From the human T2T-CHM13v2.0 reference genome, Homo sapiens: DNA of 64,000 bases. The stretch is taken from NCBI RefSeq assembly GCF_009914755.1, contig NC_060930.1. One strand, 5' to 3'. The position numbers were made by a program, and so were the translations under genes. This document shows positions 37,498-49,769 of the stretch, in pieces (position 1 is the stretch's first letter; the number at the start of each line of letters is the position of its first letter). The notes beneath the pieces are model-generated. The model was not told the DNA's origin. It ran no database searches and was given only the letters and a program-made list of their open reading frames with translations.

Positions 37498-38524
37498 CTT
37501 TGTGGTTTTATCTACTTTTGGTCTTTGATGATGGTGATGTACAGATGGGTTTTTGGTGTGGATGTCCTTTCTGTTTGTTAGTTTTCCTTCTGACAGGACC
37601 CTGAGCTGCAGGTCTGTCGGGGTTTGCTAGAGGTCCACTCCAGACCCTGTTTGCCTGGGTAACAGCAGCCATGGCTGCAGAACAGCAGATTTTCGTGAAC
37701 CGCGAATGCTGCTGTCTGATCGTTCCTCTGGAAGTTTTGTCTCAGAGGAGTACCCAGCCGTGTGAGGTGTTAGTCTGCCCCTACTGGGGGGTGCCTCCTA
37801 GTTAGGCTGCTCGGGGGTCAGGGGTCAGGGACCCACTTGAGGAGGCAGTCTGCCAGCTCTCAGATCTCCAGCTGCGTGCTGGGAGAACCACTGCTCTCTT
37901 CAAAGCTGTCAGACAGGGACATTTAAGTCTGCAGAAGTTACTGCTGTCTTTTTGTTTGTCTGTGCCCTGCCCCCAGAGGTGGAGCCTACAGAGGCAGGCA
38001 GGCCTCCTTGAGCTGTGGTGGGCTCCACCCAGTTTGAACTTCACAGCTGCTTTGTTTACCTAAGCAAGCCTGGGCAATGGCAGGCGCCCCTCCCCCAGCC
38101 TCGCTGCCGCCTTGCAGTTTGATCTCAGACTGCTGTGCTAGCAATCAGCGAGACTCCGTGGGCATAGGACCTTCGGAGCCATGTGTGGGATATAATCTCC
38201 TGGTGCGCCGTTTTTTAAGCCCGTTGGAACAGCACAGTATTGGGGTGGGAGTGACTCGATTTTCCAGGTGCCCTCTGTCACCCCTTTCTTTGACTAGGAA
38301 AGGGAACTCCCTGACCCCTTGCACTTCCCGAGTGAGGCAATGCCTCTCCCTGCTTCGGTTCGCACATGGTGTGCTGCACCCACTGTCCTGTGCCCACTGT
38401 CTGGCACTCCCTAGTGAGATGAACCCGGTACCTCAGATGGAAATGCAGAAATCACCTGTCTTCTGTGTCGCTCACGCTGGGAGCTATAGACCGGAGCTGT
38501 TCCTATTTGGCCATCTTGGCTCCC
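37498..38524 (-). promoter_or_regulatory. L1 5'UTR with sense and antisense promoters and an intact YY1 motif
   Basis: 1027-nt UTR. CAAGATGGCC at 38509-38518 (minus strand). Confidence 0.85.
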
Positions 38525-38550
38525 GATCTCTCTCTTCCTTTCTTATATGA
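38077..38550 (+). CDS. L1 antisense ORF0, extended 157-aa form
   Basis: N-terminus MAGAPPPASLPPCSLISDCCASNQRDSVG matches primate L1 ORF0. Start context gcaATGG. Expression is unproven. Confidence 0.6.
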   Translation: MAGAPPPASLPPCSLISDCCASNQRDSVGIGPSEPCVGYNLLVRRFLSPLEQHSIGVGVTRFSRCPLSPLSLTRKGNSLTPCTSRVRQCLSLLRFAHGVLHPLSCAHCLALPSEMNPVPQMEMQKSPVFCVAHAGSYRPELFLFGHLGSRSLSSFLI

Positions 38551-39725
38551 TGGGGAAAAAAAGGTTTTCCCATCATTACAAGTGTATGTAAAATTTTCAA
38601 AAGATTTTGAAATATTTAAGCCAAATTTTAATTTGTTTTGATTTTGAATAGTAAATACATTTTGTTTAGAAGTAATGTGATTTTTTGGAACTCAAGGTAG
38701 GTAATTTTCTGTTAAATTTTAATAATTTCTAGGAAAATTACTTTAATAAATTTTTCCTCAGAGTAATACAAGTCATAAGTAAGAAATATAATTTCAAACA
38801 AATAAATATATTACAATGTTGTAAATGAGGGTGTAATACAATTTTAACAGATAATTTAATTCGTATGTTTGACATCTACTTTAATATTCAATCATAACAA
38901 ACATTATGTGTAATAATATAACCCAATTCATCCACTAGGTATGTGATTTTTATTAGCTGTATCTGAATATAATTGGAAAATTGAACTGTTTGTGCTATGA
39001 AAAAAAAATGTTATTGTGATTCTTGAGTCCATAGTTTGAGTGGGGAAAGAGAGGACTATAACTGAATAACACATGAAGACCCAAATAAGTAATCTTCTTT
39101 AACATTGATTTGCTTCTACATTCCACATTTATTCTGAAGCTATTTCCTCATTTTATCATTTGCTATATAATTACCAAAGCTAGTGTTTGAATCTTTCCTT
39201 ATCTGAAAATACCATTTGGGGAAGAAAATAAGTGAAGCCTTTTTCCAAATACCTGTTATCTCACCCAGCTCCAAATCATAGTCTTTCCTCTTCCTTAAGA
39301 GCATCCAATATTCTGCAATAAGAACCACTGTTAGCATCGCCCTTGTTTGTCTTTGTTCTGCCTCGATAGATGAATAAATCAGGTCAGACAACTTGTATGG
39401 GCACCAGGGACAGCCAGAGGGTGAATGAGACAAGTGATGGCATGTCCTTGCTTTGTGAAGACCCCTCATCAAATGACAACAAGATTCCTAGGGCCAGTGT
39501 GGGACCTTATGCCAGCAGGAAGGATGAACACGTTGAATAACTGGCCACACTGACAGTGAGGGAGGGCATCTCATCACCTCCAGCCTGTCCCTGGCAGCAC
39601 CATCAGGTTTGTCTTTAGAGCCTTCTCTCCCTGCTCCTCATCTATCATCTTTACCCCTTCCACATTCTCCTGCCTTTGTAATATGTGTGGAGAAACTACT
39701 TATCAAATACCTCACAGCAAACTGT

Positions 39726-40646
39726 TGAAACAGAAGAGTTCCCTGATTCTCCTTGCAGAGTATGCGACAAGGGTGTCCCCAGCTTGGTCGCCCAACAGCT
39801 CAAACTCCTAGGGGGAGCATGCAGACAGGCAGGTGCAGAGGCCGGCAAGAGCGCTTTTGGGCTCTGGTCCCAGGACAGCATCTAGGAGAGGTTGTCTGCG
39901 ACTCTTGAAGCCTAAGTGGGTGTGTGTTATCAAGCTCTTTTAGATTTGCCATCTGCAAACGGCTCATGTGTTAATCAGCTCAATGAACCCTCTGCCTTAT
40001 CGCAAAGGCAGGGGCCAGTGTGACAGCCTTCTGCATCCCAAGTCCTTGTCCAGTGTACGGGAAGAATCAGATCACATGTGGGCTTGAAAGATGAGTGCAA
40101 GGTTTTACTGAGTGGTGGGTGTGGCTCTCAGGGAGATGGATGGGGAGCCGGAAGTGGGGGATGGAGTGCTGAGTGGTGGGGGTGGCTCTCAGGGAGATGG
40201 ATGGGGAGCCAGAAGTGGGGGATGGAGTGCTGAGTGGTGGGGGTGGCTCTCAGTGAGGTGGATGGGGAGCTGGAAGTGGGGGATGGAGTGGGAAGGTGGT
40301 CTTCCCCTGGAATGGGGCCACTCGGCAGCTGGACTCTTTCCTGACCACCCCTGGCTGAACTCCGCTTGGCGTCCAGACGTCCTTCCTCTTCTCTCTTTCT
40401 CTGCCTTGTTCTGCATCACTGGTCTGCTGGTCCCGATGTTTAGCTGCTTGTGTGAGTGCCCGCTAAGGTCTCAATTTTACATGGGGGCAGGATAGGGGGT
40501 GTGGCGAGTCAAAAGGCAACTTTTTGAGCATGAAAATAGAAATCCTTCTCCTCATTTAGGGCCGGGGTCTTCAGGCTTGAGGGTGGGGCCTTTGCCAGGG
40601 TACAGCCCTATTCTACCCAGTATCTCCCTGTCTCCTGTCCGTATCA
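39726..40646 (-). mobile_element. ERV1 solo LTR (LTR1/LTR28-like)
   Basis: Minus strand starts TGATACGGACAGGAGACAGGGAGATACTGGGTAGAA. TG...CA ends. TSD CTGT at 39722-39725 and 40647-40650. Confidence 0.85.
40108..40290. repeat. 3 x 61-bp G-rich tandem repeat inside the LTR
   Basis: Units start at 40108, 40169 and 40230 (ctgagtggtggg.gtggctctcag...gggggatggagtg). Confidence 0.95.
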
Positions 40647-41384
40647 CTGTGATGTGTATGTGCAAATTTAATCTACTGCATAGAACCACTGGTCAAGGTT
40701 TAAAAATACTCTAATCAGAAATCAGCCCCATCAGAGGTGGTAGCATTTAAAACTCACTGTAAAAAAGAATTGTAATTATTAATAACGTTTGAAATTAATT
40801 TTATTGGAGAAATGGTAATATTAAAGTTGAGCAAGAGTTCATGAATTTTATCTCAATTCAATACATGGCTAAGATTTAAGCATCCAGCAAACAGAGCAAT
40901 GTAAAGCCATGGCACAGGGCTCAAATCCAGGCCCGCAATACTCGCCCCTCTCACTTCGCAAGTGACTCTGTCTTCTAATCCAAGAAAAGGTCATGCATAG
41001 TGATAACTGGAGTCACATAGGTCAGAAAGTGGGACTTAACATGCTATTTGAGCCCTTTTTAACTTGCTTGATAATAATGTTTTTATATCTTCTGTTTTTC
41101 CAAAGTTTATTGAAAGTCTGATTTTACAGTGAGTATAATATGACAAAAGAATATTTGAGTGTGTTATGAAAAATCAAGAAAAGATCATTTGGATACATTC
41201 TGAGAAGTTGCATTGTAGTGGGAATTATTAAGATATTATATTTCTTCTCAGTAAATAACTGGAACATTGAAAGAAAAGGTGTTCTGATCACTACTTAGAA
41301 AGTTAGGTTTAACTGTAAGAATTTTAGATGTGATTCAAATTGCAGGTTGAACTCTTTGAATACTCTCTGCTGAATATTCAGAAC

Positions 41385-42725
41385 TGGTCCTAATCTGATC
41401 TGGCATATAAGAAGCTTTAAAATCATCAATCTTGTTTTCATAACAATAAGAGAAAGCTGAATAAACTGAAAATCAACAACTCTTCTTGGCTCCATGGGAG
41501 AATTGGGGTCACAGGATAAACCACTGCTCCCCAAATTAGAGACGAGATAGACAGACGGGGAATCACAGATTACCAGAGCAGAAGCCCAGGAGCAGAAACT
41601 GCTACTGGAGCTGACACCAGGGAGAATACAACAGAAAGAAGCGCATGTTTCAGACCTTATTTAAGAAGTCTGTAGGGAACCCAAGTATGACACAGGAGAC
41701 AGAAACAAGGACAGAAGAGGAAATTTTTTCCTATGACAGACAGCTACAGAAAACAGCAAACACTGCCTAATTCACAGCCATTTAAACACAAAACCCCAAG
41801 CTAAAGCCTGGTTTACTTGAGTTGCTTAATGCAGCCATCATCATGTCTGACTATCAACAAATAACTACAAGGGCATATTTAAAGATTAAAGAACAATAAC
41901 TGGAAGAGACAGAATAGGCACCACCACCAGACAAACATGGCAGAGTTTTGGAATGATCAGACCAGGAGTTTTAGACAACTGTGATTTATCTGCTAAGGGC
42001 TCTAATGGAAAAGTGAACAACGTGAAAAACAACAGATGGGAAATGTAAGCAGAAAGATAAAAACTATAATAAAGAATCAAACAGAAATGGTAGAAATAAA
42101 AAACACTGTAATAGAAATGAAGAATGCCTTGGAGAGGCTCAGCCGTAGACTGGATATGACCAAGAAAAGACCCAGGGAGTTTGAATGTAAGTCAGTAGAA
42201 GCTTCTGAAAGTGAAAGGCAAAGGCTAATTAAGAGATAAAACAGAATATTCCAGAACTGTGAGACAATTACAAAAGGTGCAAAACATTCATAATGGTAAC
42301 ACCACAAGGAGAAGAAACAAACAGACAAAAATTTGAATAAATTAAAAAAAAGTCTGAATAAAATTTGAAGTAATAATTATGGAAAATTTTCTAAAATTAG
42401 AGAAAGACACCAAACCAAACCAAATTGAGAAAGCTCAGAGAACAACAAGCAGGATAAATACAAATTATATAGAAAACCATTACATATATGTGTATATATG
42501 TAATTTGTGTATACACACACACATAGGTATAAACTGTAGGAAATCAAAGACAAAGATAGAATATTGAAAGAAGTCAGAGGAATGAGACATTCTACATATA
42601 CAGAATTAGACTCCCTTTTATCAAACAAGAAAAAAGAGAGTAGAGAAAAATACTTAACTTTTTGAAAGATAAAAATCACCCATCTAGAATTAGGTATCTA
42701 TCAAGATTATCTGTTAAAAGTGGCA
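41385..42725 (+). mobile_element. Old L1M (L1MC/MD-type) 5' region and partial ORF1
   Basis: aaagctgaataaactgaaaatcaacaactc 5' motif. ORF1-like translation EIKNTVIEMKNALERLSRRLD. Confidence 0.7.
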
Positions 42726-42951
42726 GAGAGAGTTCCAGTTTTTGGTTTGGCATGTAAATAACTGGGAAGTTACCATTCTATCTCAACAACAAGTAAAAAG
42801 CTGAAGAAACTAAAAAATTAACAATTATTCTTAGGTCTTTAAGAGCAGTGAGGTCACAGGGCCACCTGCTGCCCCCACATTTGGAGAGACTGACAGGCAA
42901 ATACAGAGAACGACAACTGACCAGAGCAGATACCCCTGAGCAGAAACCTCC

Positions 42952-43322
42952 TGATATGGTTTGGCTCTCTGTCCCCACCCAAATCTCATGTCAAATTGTA
43001 ATTCCCAGTGTCGGAAAAAGGGCCTGATGGGAGGTTATTGAATCATGGGGGTGAACTTCCCCCTTGTTCCTGTGATAGTGAGTGAGTTCTCATGAGATTT
43101 GGTTGTTTAAAAGCGTGTAGCACCTCCCCATTCTCTCCCTCCTTCTCTGCCATGTGAAGACATGCCTGCTTCCCCTTCACCTTCCACCATGATTGTAAAT
43201 TTCCTAAAGCCTCCCCAGTCATGTTTCCTGCACAGCCTGAGAAACTATTGAGTCAACTACACATCTTTTCTTCATAAACTACCAGGTAGTTCCCTACAGC
43301 AATGTGAGAACAGACTAATACA
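42952..43322 (+). mobile_element. MSTA solo LTR
   Basis: tgatatggtttggctctctgtccccacccaaatctcatgtc...gactaataca. TSD cctcc/ccccc. Confidence 0.9.
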
Positions 43323-44214
43323 CCCCCTCAGGAACCAATGCTGGGCTAGAGAAAACTAAACTGTAACTGACAAACTCCTGGAGGTCCATGGTGGACAAAT
43401 TGAAGAAATTAGAATTTCAGGGAGACCGCGTCCCCGGGAGACCCTGACAGTTTTGTGAATTTGACCTTGTGGAGCTTTTTCAGGTTCTCACAATGAATAT
43501 TGGAAAAAAGTCCCCTCAAGTTATCTGATAGAGAGAGGGGAAAAGAAATCATTTTAAAAATACACCAGAGTCTTTCGTTCATCTCACAAAGGCCTACCCT
43601 CAGGAGAAAGTATTTATTGAGAGCCTAACCTGCTGGGGTTTGTCAGAGCCTAACAGACCTGGGAGAAGTGTGCCAGCCAACTCCAGCCCATGCCAACCAT
43701 CCTGTTCCACCTAAGGGTGGGAAGAGATGCACTTGTAAACTTCACAGTTCAGTGAAGCAGGCTTTCTGAAAGACTGAGTCCTGATTATAGTGCTATAGAA
43801 AGATTACCCCTGCTGCCTTACTACAATATTATTGAAGACCTGTTTACAGCAGTTCCTTTTACCCAGGATATCATGTTCAGCATTCAAGAAAAAATTACAA
43901 GACACTAACAGGCAAAAGGTAGTTCAAAGACACACAGTAAGCATCAAAACCAGGCTCAGATATGGCAGAGTTGTTGGAATCATCAGACTGGGGATCTAAA
44001 ATGTCTGTGATAACTATGCTAAGGGTTCTAATCGATAAAGTAAACAGCCTGTAAGAATAAGTTGGCAATGTAAGCAGAGAGATGGAAATTCAAAGAAGTG
44101 CCAAAAAGAAATGCTAGAAATCAAAACACTGTAACAGACATAAAGAATGCCTTTGATGGGGTTATTAGAAGACTGGACATGGCTGAAGAAAAAAAAATAT
44201 ATGAGCTTAAGAAT

Positions 44215-44587
44215 TGTATTAGTCCTTTTTCATGCTATTGATAAAGGCATACCTGAAACTGAGCAATTTACAAAAGAAAGAGGTTTAATTTGACTCCCAG
44301 TTCCACGTGGCTGGGGAAGCCTCACAATCATGGCAGAAGGCAAGGAAGAGCAAATCACGTCTTACATGGATGGCAGCAGGCAAACAGAGAGAGCTTGTGT
44401 GGGGGAACTCCTCTTTTTAACACCATCAGATCTCATGAGACTTATTCACTATCATGAGAACAGCACAGGAAAGACTTGCCCCCATGATTCAATTACCTCC
44501 TACTGGGTCCCTCCAATGACACATGGGAGTTGTGGGAGCTACAATTCAAGGTGAGATTTGGGTGTGGACACAGCCAAACCCATATCA
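44215..44587 (-). mobile_element. THE1 (THE1B-like) solo LTR
   Basis: tgtattagtcc...cacgtcttacatggatggcagcaggc...catatca. TSD agaat/agtat. Confidence 0.92.
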
Positions 44588-47500
44588 AGTATATATAAAT
44601 AGAAACCTCCATAACTGAAAAGCAAGGAGAAAGATACTGAAAAACAGACAAAAACAGAACAGAATAGCTAAGAACTATGGGGAAACTACATAAGGTATAA
44701 GTAATGCATGTGTAATGAAAATAGCAGAAGAAGAAAAAGAGAAAGAGAAAAGATGGAGAAAATAATTTTTGAGACAACAATCTGAGTTGTGGAAAAACTG
44801 AGTATTTCCTCAAATTAATGTCAGACACCAAACCACAGATTCAGGAAGCTCAAAAAATAGAAGCAAGATAAATACCAGAAAAACAGCAATGGCAAATATC
44901 ATTTTCAAAGTACAAAAAATTAAACGTAAGAAAAAAATCCTAAAAGAAGCCAGAAGAAATACCCATCTTCACTATAGAGGAACAAAGGTAAGAATTACCT
45001 CTGATTCTCTTCAGAAGCCATGCAAGCAAGAAGAATAAAGAGTGACATATTTTAAATGTTGAAAGAAAAGTACCCCAACCTGGTTTTCTGTGCAGTGTGA
45101 AATTATTCTTCAAAAGTGAAGAAAAGCTTTCTCAGATTAAATAAAAATTTAGGGAATATATTGCCAGTAGGCGTGCCCTTCAAGGAATGTCAAAATAAGT
45201 CCTTCAGAGAAAAGGAAATAATATTATAGGTCATAAACTTTTATCGACTCAAAAAAAGGAAGGGCATCAGAACAGGAATAAGTGAAGGTAAAATGAAAAC
45301 TCTTATTTTCTTATTCTTAATTGATCAAACAGGTAAGAGTTTGTTCAAAATAGTAACAGCCACAATACATTTAATTATGTAAGCTTATGTGTCTGTATGT
45401 GTGTGTGTATATATATATATGCATATATTTATATATAAGTGAAATTAATGACAGCATTGATACAAGAGAAATAAAAGAAAAAGTAGGATTATTTTGTTAT
45501 TACAAGGTCCTCACACTGCCTGTGAACTGGTATAGTGTTTTTTAAAGTGGATTTGGATTGATTGTAAAAGCATATTACAAGCGCTAAAATAACCATTTAA
45601 AAAGCAGAAATGAAGTACAACTGATATGCTAAGAGAGGAGAGAATGGAATCATGTAAAATTCTCAATTAAAATCACAAAAGGCAGAAAAAAATGTAAAAG
45701 ATTAATCTAGGAACAAAGAACAAAGCAACAAATGGTAAACAGTAAGAAATCTGGTACATTTATCAGCATCACGTTGAATATCAATAGTACAAACATACCA
45801 ATTAAAAGAATAAAAGACAGAGGTGGTCAGAGTAGATTAAAAAACAAGACCCAACTATACGTTTTCTACAAGAAACTCACTTTAAATACAGACACATATA
45901 AATTAAACATAAATGGATGGAGAAAAATATACCATGTTGGTGCTAATTAAAAGAAAGTAGAAGTAGCTATATTAATTTTAGACAGAGCTGACTTCATAAC
46001 AAGGGAGGTTATCAGTGATAATGAGGGGCATTACTTGGTGATAAAGAGGTGAATTTTCTAAGATGACATAATAGTCCTTAATGTATATGGGCCTCACAAC
46101 AGAGCATCAAAACAGATGAGGCAAAAACTGATAGACCTGCAATAAGAAATAGATTAATCCACTTTTATTGTTGGGAACTTCAGCACCCATCTATCAGAAA
46201 TGGACAGAGCCAGCAGGTAAAAATTCATCCAGTACATTGTTGAACTCGAGATCACCACCAATCAACTGGATATTAGGGACATCTAACCACTACTTTTCCC
46301 AACAAGAGCAGAATAGTTATTCTTCTCAAGCTCACATGGAACATTCACCAATATAGACCTCTTATTAGGATACAAAGCATACCTTAATAAATGTAAAAGA
46401 ATTGCAGTTTTACAATGCCTGCTCTGATACCACGATGGAATGAAAATAGGAATCAACAGCAGAAAAATAACTGAAAAATCCCAAAATACTTAGAAAATTA
46501 AACAACACACGTTTAAATAATGTGTGGGTCAAAGAAGAAATTGCAAGAGAAGTTGTAAAATATTTTGAACTAAATGAAACTGAAAACACAACTAGTCAAA
46601 ATGTGATGTATAGAGAAAGCACTTCTTAGAAGGAAAATTATATTATTGAATGTATAAATTTGAAAAAAAGATCTAAAATTAACCACCTAATCATCCAGCT
46701 TCAAAAATTAGAAAAAGAAGAGTGAATTAAATAGAAAGTCAGCAAAGAAAAGAAATAAAAAAAAAACAGAACATAAATCAGTGAAACTGAAAATAAGAAA
46801 TCAATAGAGAAAATCAATGAAACCAAAAGATAGTTATTTGAGAAGATCATTGTAATTGATAAGGCTCTAGCCAGGGTAATTATAAAAAAAAGAGAACACT
46901 AACTATTGTATGAAAAGTCAAAGATAAAATATCACTACATAACCCATGCGCATTAAAAGGATAATAATTTTAAAAATACTGTGAAAAAATATATTCCCAC
47001 AAATTCGATAACCTAGATGAGACAGACAAATCCCTTAAAAGATACAATCCACCAAACTCTTACAAGAACAAATAAACAATCTGAATAAGCCTATATCTAT
47101 TAAAGAAATTGAATCAATAATTTATAACCTTCCTAAACTGAAGTCACCAGGCCCACCTGAGTTCACTGGTGAATTCCACCAAACATTTAAACCAGAAATT
47201 ATACTGATTTTCTACATTCTCTTTCAGAAAAAGGAAGCAGAGTAAATACTTCCTAACTCATTCTATGAAACTAGAATTACCTGAATATAAAAACCAGACA
47301 AAGACATTACAGGAAAAGAAAACTACAGATGAATATCTATCATGAATATAGATGCAAAAATTCTCAATGAAATATTAGCAAATCATATCCAAATATATAT
47401 ATATAAATATGCATTACAACCAAGTGAGGTTTATTCCAGGTCTGCAAAGCTGATTAAACATTAGAAAATAATTTAATATAATTAATCACATCAATAGGAT

Positions 47501-47812
47501 AAAGAAGAAAAATTATATCAATAGATGTAGAAAAATGCATTTGATAAAACCAACAGCCATTCATGGTTTAAAAAAAAACCCTCAGTAAACTAGGAATAAA
47601 GGGGACCTACCCAACGTGATAAAGAATAGAAAAAATCCTACAAATAACATGATACTTAATGGTGAGAAACCTGAAGTTTCCCTACTGAGATCAGAAACAA
47701 GGCAAGGTGGGGGTTTCCTCTTCCCACTGCTTTTCAACATCACACTGGAAATCCTAGCTAATGGAATAAGGGGGAAAAAGGAAGTAAAAGGTATACAGAA
47801 TAGAAAGAAAGA

Positions 47813-48535
47813 AACATGAAAAATAGCTCAACATCACTGATCATTAGAGAAATGCAAGTCAAAACCAAAATGAGATACCATTTCATTCCAGTCAGAATGG
47901 TGATTATTAAAAAGTCAAGAAAAAACAGATGCTGGGGAGGTTGAGGAGAAATAAAAACCCTTTTACACTGTTGGTGGGAATGTAAATTAGTTCAACCACT
48001 GTGGAAGACAGTGTGGCAAATCCTCAAAGATTTAGAACCATAAATACTATTTGACCCAGCAATCCCATTACTGGGTATGTACTCAAAGGAATAAATCATT
48101 CCTTTATAAAGATGGATGCATGCGTATGTTCATTGCAGCACTATTCACAATAGTGAAGACATGGAATCAACCCCAATCCCCATCACTGAGAGACTAGATA
48201 AAGAAAATGTGGTACATATGCACCATGGAGTATTATGCAGCCATAAAAAAGAACGAGATCATGTCCTTTGCAGGGACATGGATGAAGCTGGAAGCCATCA
48301 TCCTCAGGAAACTAACTCAGGAACAGAAAACCAAACACCACATGTTATCACTTGTAAGTGGGATCTGAGCAATGAGAACACTTGGACACAGAGAGGGGAA
48401 CAAAACTTACTGGGGCCTGTCAGGGGAGGGTTGCGGGGTGGGGGGCAGTGGAGAGCATTAGGGAAACCTGCATATCCTGCACATGTAACCTGAAATTTAA
48501 AAAAAAAATAACTATTGAAAAAAAAGAAGAAAAAT
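47813..48535 (+). mobile_element. 5'-truncated older L1PA 3' end nested in the L1M
   Basis: ORF2 C-terminal and 3'UTR sequence with an A tail. The host L1M resumes in register afterwards. Confidence 0.85.
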
Positions 48536-49100
48536 AAAACCATTTGTTCACAGATGACATGGTGGTCTATTATAAAAATCTAAAAGGATCTGCAAAGACA
48601 GACAAATACTTGTAACTAATAAGCAATTATGGCAAGGTTGCAGTATCCAAGGTTAATACGCAAAAGTCAATCACTTTCCTATATACTAACAATGAATAAG
48701 TGGAATTTGAAATTAAAAACATAATACAATTTACATTAGCACCCCCTCAACTATGAAGCACTTAGGTATAAATCTACCAAAATATATACAAGACCTATGT
48801 GAGAAAAAGTAAAACCCAGATGAAATAAATCAAATAACTGAATATAGAGATATTCCATGTTCATAAACAGGAAGTCTCAATATTGTTAAGATGTCAGTTA
48901 TTCTAACATGATCTGTAGATTTAACATGATCTGGTCAAAATTCCAGTAAGTTATTTTGTGGATACTAACAAACTTATTCTAAAGTTTATATGAAGATGAA
49001 AACAATCCTGACTAACCAACACAGTATTGAAAAAGAATAAGTCAGAGGACTGACATTACCTGACTTCAAGCCGTACTATGGTCAACCTATACTAATCAAG

Positions 49101-49211
49101 ACAATTTGATATTTGTGAAAGAATAAACAAATAGATATCTGGAACAGAATAGAGAAACAATGTGATATTTGTGAAAGAATTAACAAATAGATCTCCGGAA
49201 CAGAATAGAGA
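49101..49211. repeat. 56-bp period tandem duplication
   Basis: acaat(t/g)tgatatttgtgaaagaat(a/t)aacaaatagat(a/c)tc(t/c)ggaacagaatagaga, two copies. Confidence 0.95.
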
Positions 49212-49769
49212 GTCTAGAAATATACCCACGTAAATAAAATCAACATCTTTGATAAAGTAGAAAAGGTAATACATTGAATAACAGATTGTCTTTTCAATAA
49301 ATGATATGAGAATAAATGAACATCCACATGCAAAAAGTGAATGTAGACACAGACATTATACTTGACAAAAATTAACTATAACTAAATTTCCTAGAAGATA
49401 TGACAGTAGGAAATCTAGATGACCTAATGTTTGTTAATGACTTTTAAAAACAGCACCGAATGAGTGAAAAATTGATAAAGTGGGCTTCATTAAAATTAAA
49501 AATTTCTTCTTTGCAAGACAGTGAGAAGACAGGCCACAAACTGGCAAAAACTATTTTTAAAAAACGTATCTTCTAAAGCACTGTTATCCAAAATATACGA
49601 AGAATACTTAAAACCCAACAATAAGAAAATGAAAAACCCAATTAAAAAATGGGGCAAAGACCTTAAGAGATACCTCACCAAACAAAGTATATAGATGGCA
49701 AATAAGCATATGGAAAGGTATTCTGCGTCATGTGTCATCAGAGAAAGGCAAATCAGTATGCAGCTGCGT

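Larger units (their letters stand above)
42730..49760 (+). mobile_element. Long, degenerate L1M (L1MC-type): 5'UTR, ORF1 and ORF2, with nested insertions
   Basis: A second copy of the 5' motif, then colinear ORF1 and ORF2 remnants (ISITLNINSTNIPIKR; [21 protein letters not shown]). Confidence 0.8.

Noticed and set aside
40112-40495. 127-aa Gly/Trp-rich ORF
   Set aside because: It is a by-product of the G-rich tandem repeat in the LTR.
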